Part shown: one piece after another, positions 56,058 to 64,000 of the stretch | Layout: every line of letters begins with the position of its first letter | Position numbering within the stretch: the first letter of the stretch is position 1 | Virus record (IMG/VR): IMGVR_UViG_3300036944_001324 | Span: 186,001-250,000 of that record | Reading direction: 5' to 3' (one strand) | Length of the DNA: 64,000 nt | The notes under the pieces: generated by a model | Told to the model about the DNA's origin: nothing | Seen by the model: the letters and a program-made list of their open reading frames with translations, nothing else | The model's database searches: none | Program-made: the position numbers and the translations under genes

Positions 56058-56921
56058 ATGTCCACGTTACACGCCGAAATGAGTTACGCACTCACAACAG
56101 CTTCAGTAGCTCTTGATGATTTTACCGGTGCCGGAGGTAATTATCAAAACTACATATCGGCTCTTAAAGAAGTAGAGCGTCTGATTCGGCTTGAGATGCA
56201 AACATCAAGGTTTATTTCAGAAAACGCTACTCTGAAAAATACAGAATCTCTTTGTAGTGAGTTGGAACTCACTACAGAACAAAAGGGGATTTTGTGGACA
56301 GCCATGAAATCCAATTACGTTCAATTGGAAAAGGATGGTGTCTTTTGGAACATCGACGGTGTTGATGTTGTTATGGGAACGTTGACGCTGACACCTTTGT
56401 ACGGCGTCGGTGGCGATGTGGTGAAACCATTCACGTTCAGTGTTGCGAGCATGAGCGTTCCAAACATGACTTTCTGCGCCATTGTTAAGTTTGAAGTGGG
56501 TGGAACTCCCAACGGACTGATACACCTGGTAGATCGGCTCGAGATGCTTGATAACAATCTGAAGAAGATCTACGAGCACGCGCGCGTTGTGCAAAACGAC
56601 CCCGTCAATACGGAAGTCTGTGAACTTTTCAAAGAAACTCTTGCGGCTATTCCTCGTGTGTTGACCGGGCCGACTGACGGTACCAACCACGCCATTCGTA
56701 TCTGGTACAACGAGCAAGGTTGGAACGATAATTTCGTCATGCAACTTTTTAACTATTGCGGGAAATGCAGTGGCTGGAGCAGCATGATTGAAGATCACAT
56801 GCGGGGAGGGCGTGTTTACAACATGGCAGAATTGTGTCGTCAAGAGCTCCGGCAAATCCTGAGCATGATGAAAGAACGAGTTGAACAACTGGCAAAGGAA
56901 CACAACCATGACCACCTCTGA
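56058..56921 (+). CDS. hypothetical protein with the shared W.xI..VD beta module
   Basis: SNYVQL...FWNIDGVD....LTL.P. Confidence 0.7.
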   Translation: MSTLHAEMSYALTTASVALDDFTGAGGNYQNYISALKEVERLIRLEMQTSRFISENATLKNTESLCSELELTTEQKGILWTAMKSNYVQLEKDGVFWNIDGVDVVMGTLTLTPLYGVGGDVVKPFTFSVASMSVPNMTFCAIVKFEVGGTPNGLIHLVDRLEMLDNNLKKIYEHARVVQNDPVNTEVCELFKETLAAIPRVLTGPTDGTNHAIRIWYNEQGWNDNFVMQLFNYCGKCSGWSSMIEDHMRGGRVYNMAELCRQELRQILSMMKERVEQLAKEHNHDHL

Positions 56922-57351
56922 AACCAAACAAAACCCGATCACCACTCTGGCCGCAGCCTGCACTGCATTCAAAAATGCAGTTCTTACATATGACCTCTCT
57001 ATGGTAGACGGCGGTAACGTCCAAGGTGCCATCAGTGGCGTTATTGGACATGCTGAGAATGTTCGTCATGCTGCTGATACTCTTTGCGCTGAATTCGAGC
57101 GTAATGACAATCCGACGACAGATGACGTCTTTCAGGCAGCCAACAATGCTGCGTTCATTCGTACCAAAGACGGTGAACCTTGGTTGCGCATTGACGCCGT
57201 TGACGGTGGTGTGGATGGTGATGTGGTGTATCCACTCACCATCTTGGCCCACGATGAGAACACCGAAGCAGGAGGTGCGCAGCGCTTGTTGATCGACGAG
57301 ATCGATCCCAAGGCGGTGAGCTTCCAGCGCCTCGTGGAATTCAAACTCTAA
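56908..57351 (+). CDS. hypothetical protein with the shared beta module
   Basis: AAFIRT...PWLRIDAVD...LTILAHD. Confidence 0.7.
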   Translation: MTTSETKQNPITTLAAACTAFKNAVLTYDLSMVDGGNVQGAISGVIGHAENVRHAADTLCAEFERNDNPTTDDVFQAANNAAFIRTKDGEPWLRIDAVDGGVDGDVVYPLTILAHDENTEAGGAQRLLIDEIDPKAVSFQRLVEFKL

Positions 57352-57366
57352 CAACTGGGTAAAACA

Positions 57367-57768
57367 ATGAGTGAACAAACAGCGCAAATGAGAGCTTTTA
57401 GTGAGCTTCTGCCGGTTGTGAATGAAACGATAGAACAGTTTCGCTACCGCGGTGTGATTGCACCCAAATACAAGGTTGTTATTAACGACCTTATTGTCTT
57501 CATGGAAGCAGCAGTTGTCCTGGATGAAACTGGGCTCGGGCTGAACACCCATGCAAGCTCTAAACGTTTCACAGAACTGGGACTGAAAGAGTCATTCTTG
57601 CGGTTCTACTGGGAGGCATTGCAGTTCTTCACCAACTGGAAGTACTCTCGCGAGCGCGGTGTGTTGGTGACTGAAGAAGAAACTGAATCGCAAATGCGAC
57701 TGGCTTTCGTCTACCTGAACCACATCGTCAGTGTGTTGGGTGAAATCCCATCTATCCGTCCTGCTTAA
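57367..57768 (+). CDS. hypothetical protein
   Basis: Packed ORF. Confidence 0.7.
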   Translation: MSEQTAQMRAFSELLPVVNETIEQFRYRGVIAPKYKVVINDLIVFMEAAVVLDETGLGLNTHASSKRFTELGLKESFLRFYWEALQFFTNWKYSRERGVLVTEEETESQMRLAFVYLNHIVSVLGEIPSIRPA

Positions 57769-57846
57769 AAGCAGAAAATCATTCATCATTACTTACGCAT
57801 GCAATTGTTTCAATTGCATGCGTTTATAATCAACGTAAAGAAAATC

Positions 57847-58500
57847 ATGGCACAAATTCGCATGTCTCCTGAAAATGTTAAACGTGTTCTAGCTACGGCC
57901 AAACTCGCCACGCATTGCCGATTGAGTAATGACCCGATGTGGTACAAAATCGTTTCTGTGGATGACAAAGTTCACGGTGACATCCATCTGGCTCATCCTC
58001 TTGATCCCTCCAACCAAGCCACAAACATAATTTACGTGAAGATGAACACAGACCCGTCTCAGATCCTCTTTTGCAACATTGCAGAAGTTCCTCTGGTTGG
58101 TCCAGCACTTACACCAGCGCAAGAGCTTTTCCAAAAGCTCTTCGATCTCAAACAAGAGATGTTGGGAATTACCAAAAGCATTTCATCCATTAAACACCTC
58201 GACAAAGAGTCTTACAAAGAGTGCCTTTTTGGGATGTACCAGGCGTTGGCTGTGCCAACTAAGCGGATTGGTGTTACCGATAACAAGGCAGCCTACGACT
58301 GGTTTGTTTCTCAGGGTTGTTCTCTAACCACCACCGCTGTGGCCATTGCTTTGTGTGATGAAATCTATTCACACTGGCGAGCCATGGTTACAAAGACAAT
58401 GCTATTCCAAGTAAAACAATCTGGTTACGACGATTGGGAACGTCGATTCAAGCTGATAGACCTCATTATGGAAGATCTGAATAAGCCTCACACAGCATAA
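57847..58500 (+). CDS. hypothetical protein, tandem paralog of 58555..59208
   Basis: SP..VKRVLATAK.ATHC...W.KIVSVD...W..RFKLIDLIMEDL.K shared over the full length. Confidence 0.8.
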   Translation: MAQIRMSPENVKRVLATAKLATHCRLSNDPMWYKIVSVDDKVHGDIHLAHPLDPSNQATNIIYVKMNTDPSQILFCNIAEVPLVGPALTPAQELFQKLFDLKQEMLGITKSISSIKHLDKESYKECLFGMYQALAVPTKRIGVTDNKAAYDWFVSQGCSLTTTAVAIALCDEIYSHWRAMVTKTMLFQVKQSGYDDWERRFKLIDLIMEDLNKPHTA

Positions 58501-58554
58501 GAGCAGAGGGCGCAACGCCCTCTGCTTTACTGCGCAACTTATCCAAATAAAGTC

Positions 58555-59208
58555 ATGAATCAAACTGCCATCTCCCCCAAAGACGTAAAGCGTGTGCTGG
58601 CTACTGCTAAAGTAGCGACCCATTGCAAACCGGCCAACACTACTGTCTGGAACAAGATCGTTAGTGTTGATGAAGAGGACTACTTCATCTACCTTGCTGA
58701 CCCACTCGATCGGTCGAATCAAATCACTTCGTCTATTGAAGTGCGTTTGTTGTATGGTCCAGACCAGTTGGTGTTTGCAAACATTCAAGAAGTTGAATTA
58801 GTGACCCCGGACACCAAGCCCGGCGAAGTGTTGCTTTTTCAATTGCATGAAATCAAACGTGATATGAGCGCCATCATTACCAACGTGACTCGTTTCGATA
58901 AAGTGAAGCGCAAAGATTACCACGAATGTATTGATCGCTTGTACTACGCGTTGATGTCGACGGTAAAGGTCGGTGTTTTTGAGAAAGAGACTTACAGCTG
59001 GTTTCGAAGTCAGCGTTGCTCTTTCACGACTGCAAGTCTGGCTGTCTTGCTTTATAAAGAGACGAACACTCACCGAAATACGCTCTATAACAAGAACGTG
59101 AGCAATTACTCACTGCAGGAAGGGTTCAGCAACTGGGGCCGCTGGTTCAAGTTGATCGACCTAATCATGGAAGACTTGAAAAAGGCTTTCCCACTCACAC
59201 AACTGTAA
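58555..59208 (+). CDS. hypothetical protein, tandem paralog of 57847..58500
   Basis: Same shared motifs as 57847..58500. Confidence 0.8.
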   Translation: MNQTAISPKDVKRVLATAKVATHCKPANTTVWNKIVSVDEEDYFIYLADPLDRSNQITSSIEVRLLYGPDQLVFANIQEVELVTPDTKPGEVLLFQLHEIKRDMSAIITNVTRFDKVKRKDYHECIDRLYYALMSTVKVGVFEKETYSWFRSQRCSFTTASLAVLLYKETNTHRNTLYNKNVSNYSLQEGFSNWGRWFKLIDLIMEDLKKAFPLTQL

Positions 59209-59269
59209 GCATAAAAGCAAGGGGCGTAAAGCTCCTTGCTATGCCGTTAATCCATCGAAAGACTGTCAA

Positions 59270-59818
59270 ATGAAAATACCTGGACTCAAACACTACCAGT
59301 TCGACCCTGAGGTCGTCTGTGCGTATTACTTCTCGGCAGCCGCTCACGCTTCCGTCAAGCAAAAGCGCAACTACACAGGCGAGCCTTACATCGTCCATCC
59401 AGCCGGCGTGCTGGAGATACTGATGCAGGCATGCCCTGACAAGGTCACTAACGCGGTCGCTAAGGCCGCTTTGTTGCACGATACAACAGAAGATACCGGG
59501 GTGACTCCTGAATTGATTCTGCAGCTGTTTGGTCAACAGGTGCATGGTTTCGTGAAGTACCTGAGCAAGGCTACTACTTCCAGCTTCGGCAATCGTGCCG
59601 AACGCCAAGCTGTTGAAGTGGCACGTATGCATAAGGCGCCTGAAGAAGTGCAGAACGTCAAAGCCTCTGACCTCATCCACAACCGCCGCAGTATTGCGCT
59701 GCATGATCCAGGCTTCTTGCAAGTGTTCGACTACGAAGCTCACCAGTTGTTTGCTGCTATGCAGTTGGTGGATCGACGCTTGGTTGCACTGTGGGAGAAG
59801 GAAACATCCACCGAATAA
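59270..59818 (+). CDS. HD-domain small alarmone hydrolase-like protein (RelA/SpoT/Mesh1 family)
   Basis: AH..Q.R.YTGEPYI.HP, AALLHDT.EDT, VK.SD..HN. Confidence 0.88.
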   Translation: MKIPGLKHYQFDPEVVCAYYFSAAAHASVKQKRNYTGEPYIVHPAGVLEILMQACPDKVTNAVAKAALLHDTTEDTGVTPELILQLFGQQVHGFVKYLSKATTSSFGNRAERQAVEVARMHKAPEEVQNVKASDLIHNRRSIALHDPGFLQVFDYEAHQLFAAMQLVDRRLVALWEKETSTE

Positions 59819-59833
59819 CGGAGATACAAAACA

Positions 59834-60574
59834 ATGACTCATTCCCTCAAAGTACGTTGGGCTATTGCTGCGGCTATCGCTAAGGCGACTCACATTCGCA
59901 TAGACGACCAAAAGGAGTTGCGCATTACAAGCAACAGTTCCGACGGCACGAGCGTTACTGTCCAAGACCCCAATTACCCGGACAAGATCATCAAGATCGA
60001 TCTGGATAATCGCAGTCTTGACAGTCTGAAGTTCTGGACTATGACTCCTGTCGTCATTCCTAATAACGAGCCGCTGGTGGCCTACTACGAGCTCCTATGT
60101 TTTAATCTGGCCGTCGGGTTCTCCGACAAGCAAGGTATCGTGGAGCTTAAGGAATCTGTGTTTCAGGTTTGGGAAGACGACATCGAACTGCGCGGCATGC
60201 CCAAGAACGGTGCCAAGATACAGATGGCTTATCACGGCTTACCAGACAGTGTCTACTCCGCCAGCCACCAGATGCGCGACATCTTGGATGATCCCAACTT
60301 CTTGAAGCACAACCAAGCCTACGTGCTGACCATCTGCGTGTTCACAGTAGCCCGTGCATTGCGTGAGCTGCTGCGTAACAAGGGCTTTAATCTTTCCAAC
60401 CTCCATCCCGAGATGCCGCTCATCCTGGACATCCCCGCCGATTGGGAAGCCTGTCGCATCCACAACCTGTGGTGTGGGATCTCTGGTGCTGAGGAGAAAG
60501 TGGTCGAACGTGGTCAACTGTTCGAATCCAAAATGGAAAAAGTCGTGGAGGGGGTTGGGGGGAGGACTCTCTAA
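59834..60574 (+). CDS. hypothetical protein; N-terminus related to the 57847/58555 module
   Basis: AKATHIRI...RI......V.V.DP. Confidence 0.65.
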   Translation: MTHSLKVRWAIAAAIAKATHIRIDDQKELRITSNSSDGTSVTVQDPNYPDKIIKIDLDNRSLDSLKFWTMTPVVIPNNEPLVAYYELLCFNLAVGFSDKQGIVELKESVFQVWEDDIELRGMPKNGAKIQMAYHGLPDSVYSASHQMRDILDDPNFLKHNQAYVLTICVFTVARALRELLRNKGFNLSNLHPEMPLILDIPADWEACRIHNLWCGISGAEEKVVERGQLFESKMEKVVEGVGGRTL

Positions 60575-61328
60575 CGCTTCGCTAGTAACTGTCGCTTTTA
60601 CGTTACCACGTAAAAGCTCTTTCAATCTCTTAGATTTCTAATTGAGTTATGAACGTTAGTTCATGATTCTCTTAGGAACTTTGAGGTATCTACTCAGGGG
60701 TTCCTATACCCCTGAGAGTTCGTATAAGGCCTTATAAAGCCGACATAAAAGCAGGAGGGTACACTGACCCTCCTGCTGTAGGTAATAACGCCTTATACGA
60801 GCTTTACAGTAGAGACTCGTAGACGAAGTCTACAGTCTCATATCCAGCATGGACAAAAATGTCCATGCTCTCTTTATATCTTATGCGCAAGTCGTCGAGC
60901 TTTTTCGGCGACTGAGAGAGTACACGGAACATGGACAGCCCGCAGGGATGGACAGTGGAGAGTACGAACGAAGGAGCATACCAGGGAGAGAGCGTAAGCG
61001 ATCACACTGAGATACTTCGCCGGGTAGCTACGTATCTCAGATAAGGGGCGTTAGCCCCTTTTTTATTCTTATTCTTATTCTCCATATGATTGTTTACTTA
61101 GTAAACCTAATTAGACATTCGGTGGAGAATAATATCTATCCAGCGTTGGAGAGCTTATAAACGCTGTTACAATGACCCTTGTTTACAAGAGAATGACTAT
61201 TGGATCGACATTAAGTCGACAGATCGAGCAGGTGTGCTACGTTACACCTGCGCTGTAACCCTAGCCTAAGAGCTTGGAGAGCAGTAGATCAAAAAAGTTC
61301 TTATGTTCAACAAACGAGAGAGTCAAAC
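60575..61328. other. ORF-free, hairpin-dense non-coding region (structured RNA or DNA cis-element)
   Basis: At least 12 inverted repeats of 5-14 bp in about 750 bp, with a terminator-like hairpin plus T-tract at 61043-61064. Confidence 0.7.
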
Positions 61329-62003
61329 ATGACAAACAACCAACACGCCAACGCTGAGAAGATTGAAGTTCAAATTCAAGGTATTTATTTCATAGCGGGC
61401 TTGATCAAAGATCAGTGCCAGAAGCTGTACATGCAAGACCCTCAGGTGTTCTTGGATGACATGCCCACTACGTTCAGCGTATTGGATCTCCTGCAGACCG
61501 CTATGGATTCAGTGAGTAACAACCTGGATAGGTACTTCGGTCCTTATGCGGCGTTTAACGAGCCTCAGCTGACTGATATCGTTTTGGAAACAACTGAAGC
61601 GGTTAACCGCTGCCGCGCTGCGTTCATTGTGGACGAATACCCTGTGGACATGCTGGAGTACCGTGAAACGATGTTGTACAAGCTGCCGCACGTGTACGCT
61701 GGTTTGATAGGGTATGCTGAGCAGCTCAAGTACATGCTCGAAGCTGGTAAGGATCGGGGTCGTATTAGTCCTCGCAGTGTTTCTCGTGTAGTGTTCGATT
61801 TTTATCTGGATGCTATCTTCGAGAAGATCAAGACCAACACCCATGTGTTCATGCATGGTCGTTGGTGGAAGATTGAGAAGTGCGAGATCGATCCTACCGA
61901 TCGTAGCTTGTTTGAGTTGCATCTGGACTTCGATCCTTTGAAGAAGGTTGTGAGTTCTGCTCATAGCTTGCCTTTGATCTATAAGGCTGCTTTCAAGCGT
62001 TAA
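61329..62003 (+). CDS. hypothetical protein with a C-terminal shared beta module
   Basis: NTHVF..GRWWKIEKCE...LHL.FDP. Confidence 0.7.
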   Translation: MTNNQHANAEKIEVQIQGIYFIAGLIKDQCQKLYMQDPQVFLDDMPTTFSVLDLLQTAMDSVSNNLDRYFGPYAAFNEPQLTDIVLETTEAVNRCRAAFIVDEYPVDMLEYRETMLYKLPHVYAGLIGYAEQLKYMLEAGKDRGRISPRSVSRVVFDFYLDAIFEKIKTNTHVFMHGRWWKIEKCEIDPTDRSLFELHLDFDPLKKVVSSAHSLPLIYKAAFKR

Positions 62004-62009
62004 ACTGGT

Positions 62010-62050
62010 AGCCCTAGGGAGTTGGCGCTCCCTAGGGCTTTTATGCCGTC
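62010..62050 (+). terminator. hairpin followed by TTATGCCG
   Basis: agccctagggag/ctccctagggct stem. Confidence 0.75.
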
Positions 62051-62122
62051 TACGGGGCTTTTAGAGGCCTTGTAGGTATGTATGTGAGTGTTATTTTTAA
62101 ATTGTAAAAAGGAAATGAAATC

Positions 62123-63334
62123 ATGAGCGCACATATGCAAATCGCTGAACTTCATATGCTGGGTCTTTACCTGAAGGTAGTGCGAGACCGGATTGATGCT
62201 TCTGCGTCTTCAGATCAACTCTTCCATCCTAAAGCGGAGCTGTATATCCGTAACACGATGATCTTGCTTCACGAGGTTGGTTACAAGAGACTGTTTGACT
62301 GGATGAACGACGACGATAAACAGATCGTTGTTCAAACAGCAAAAGAGTTGGAGTTGTGGTTCGATCCATCAACGGATAAGAAACTCAGGCACGTTTGGTT
62401 CAAACTCACGATGACTGCATGCTTGACTTACATAAAGGACAAAATCGAGACTTACCTGGAAGATCTGATACGTTCAACTGTGTTCTTCGGTAATCGACAC
62501 GTTGCTGAAGAAGCACAAGAAGTGAAAGAACCTTCTATCGAAGAAAAGGTAGCTGAGTTCCTCGAACAAGCTCAGGACCACAAGTACCTTGTTCTGAAAC
62601 ACAACAACTCCACACAGGTCTATGAAATCGACCATGTGTGTAGAACCATGGACGGCGGCCAACCCAGTGTTATAGCTGTGCGTAGTGTTGAAAGTGATGG
62701 GAAAACAGCTAACGCAATTACTTTCTTTATAGCGGCTGTGTTGCTTGGCTCTTATGAGATCAGCTTTTTGGACTCACTACCGTCAGGCAAGATCGATGGT
62801 GAAGCATTGAGCAAATCAATCACTTCACTGGGTAAAACGTGGGATGATGCAAAAACGACATCTTTCATGGAGGAACTCAAACACGCCATGTACGTTGAGA
62901 TGCCGAGTTCGGACGGGCTTCGTTTGGTCTGGAAGAAAATACGCCAAATTGAAGGTATTGAGAAAGGCGTTCGTGCGACTGTTATTCACCTGTCGTCATT
63001 TGACCCGTTGGATACACACGTGGATGCTTATCCACTGATTAGTCTTCCTGTTCCAAAGCTGCGGTTAAAAAGGCACGCACCTGTTGACGAAGACATTCTC
63101 AAAAAGTGGAGTGAGTTTATTGGCGACATTACACGAACCAGCGATAACAACGCGTTGGTGAGCGTGTACAAACCTACCGCTCAGCGCTTTCTGCATATAG
63201 TGGATGTATCGCATCCTGACGCGGTAAACGAGCGTTCTCTTGGAATACTTGATCCAATCACCAAAACATCACTTGTGTGTAGTTTGTCTGATCTCATCTT
63301 GTCTGGGTGGGTCTTACCAGTGGAGCCCAAGTAA
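62123..63334 (+). CDS. hypothetical protein with about 3 tandem copies of the shared beta module
   Basis: VYEIDHV / VWKKIRQIE...IHL..FDP / FLHIVDVS...LGILDP. Confidence 0.7.
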   Translation: MSAHMQIAELHMLGLYLKVVRDRIDASASSDQLFHPKAELYIRNTMILLHEVGYKRLFDWMNDDDKQIVVQTAKELELWFDPSTDKKLRHVWFKLTMTACLTYIKDKIETYLEDLIRSTVFFGNRHVAEEAQEVKEPSIEEKVAEFLEQAQDHKYLVLKHNNSTQVYEIDHVCRTMDGGQPSVIAVRSVESDGKTANAITFFIAAVLLGSYEISFLDSLPSGKIDGEALSKSITSLGKTWDDAKTTSFMEELKHAMYVEMPSSDGLRLVWKKIRQIEGIEKGVRATVIHLSSFDPLDTHVDAYPLISLPVPKLRLKRHAPVDEDILKKWSEFIGDITRTSDNNALVSVYKPTAQRFLHIVDVSHPDAVNERSLGILDPITKTSLVCSLSDLILSGWVLPVEPK

Positions 63335-63441
63335 ATGAAAGCTAGTCACATGCGTAGAGTTCTTTTATGTACGTGACTAGCTTATTTCACAGTTCAAAAA
63401 CAATCGTTTGCTATCCCAAACAATCCGTTAAGGAATCCATC

Positions 63442-64000
63442 ATGGAAAACATCAACTTCCCCGCTCTTCGTTCTTTTCTGCTAGCTCTCATCGAGTTGAC
63501 GTTTTTGCCTTCCAAACGTACAGACTTGATTTTTGAAGCACGCCGGATGCGTGAAATGCTCGGTGACATGATCAACAAGCTGACGCCACAACCCACACAA
63601 CAAGAGCTGGACAAACGCATCGATGCATTGCGTAAAGTCGCTAAAGACTCATCGCATTACAGTACCGACGGAAACCTGGTACTGAAAATCATGTTGGTCA
63701 CCGAAACCGGCATTACGGTGCGTGCTAACCCAGTTAGCACAGAACAGACCATCGACTACAAAGACATGGACATCGCAACTACCAAGTTCTACAAGACCAA
63801 CATGGTGGAAGTAACGTTCAACGACATGACCATCCAACCTAACCAGGAAGGTCCTTCAGCGATTGATCAATTGCGCGGACTTGCTGAAACGCAGTTCGAT
63901 CCTGTCCAAGCCAGGAAAGTTGAGTTGCCTCAGGCATGCGAACTTCTCACAGACAAAAAGCTAGCCATGCTCGACCAGTTGTCTGCTACCGTGTCGGACT
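63442..64000 (+). CDS. hypothetical protein, 3'-partial
   Basis: ATG 63442 with AAGGA RBS (MENINFPALR...); the frame stays open to the window end, so it is absent from the ORF track. Confidence 0.75.
   Translation, partial: MENINFPALRSFLLALIELTFLPSKRTDLIFEARRMREMLGDMINKLTPQPTQQELDKRIDALRKVAKDSSHYSTDGNLVLKIMLVTETGITVRANPVSTEQTIDYKDMDIATTKFYKTNMVEVTFNDMTIQPNQEGPSAIDQLRGLAETQFDPVQARKVELPQACELLTDKKLAMLDQLSATVSD

Noticed and set aside
61065-61081. (TTATTC)x3 microsatellite as a contingency locus
   Set aside because: Short, intergenic and contiguous with a terminator T-tract; no gene is affected by its length.
60575-61328. tRNA cluster or group I intron in the non-coding gap
   Set aside because: No cloverleaf with a T-loop GTTCRA or CCA end was seen, no interrupted gene flanks the region, and no P7-like core was recognised.
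1-64000. Alternative genetic code (stop-codon reassignment), as seen in some large phages
   Set aside because: Recognisable genes (ligase, helicase, RNAP, endolysin) are full-length in code 11. TAG ends genes at natural boundaries (e.g. 4660, 25994, 29632).

Overview
A 64-kb segment of a jumbo myovirus genome of the phiKZ-like (Chimalliviridae-type) group. It is densely coding and almost entirely on the + strand. 1-10.6 kb is a core block: an SF2 helicase with a class 3 intein in its Walker A motif, a minus-strand gene pair joined by a likely -1 ribosomal frameshift (tail-chaperone-like), and the C-terminal beta' subunit of a split multisubunit RNA polymerase. 10.7-16.4 kb holds a DUF3380-type endolysin and a 1124-aa tail-associated protein. 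16.9-46 kb is a long run of small early/accessory genes, including an AAA+ ATPase, an SPFH lipoprotein, an SGNH lipoprotein, MazG-like and HAD proteins, local paralog sets, an apparent stand-alone copy of a major-capsid domain, and an NAD-dependent DNA ligase. 46.3-53.7 kb is a tail-fibre/receptor-binding module ending in a GT60-like GlcNAc transferase. 53.8-64 kb holds accessory genes sharing a repeated beta-rich module, an HD (p)ppGpp-hydrolase-like gene and a 750-bp hairpin-dense non-coding region. I saw no tRNA, rRNA or CRISPR array. All family assignments come from motifs recognised by eye and remembered family knowledge; no database search was run. Where an RBS suggested a better start codon, I adjusted the start from the ORF track.
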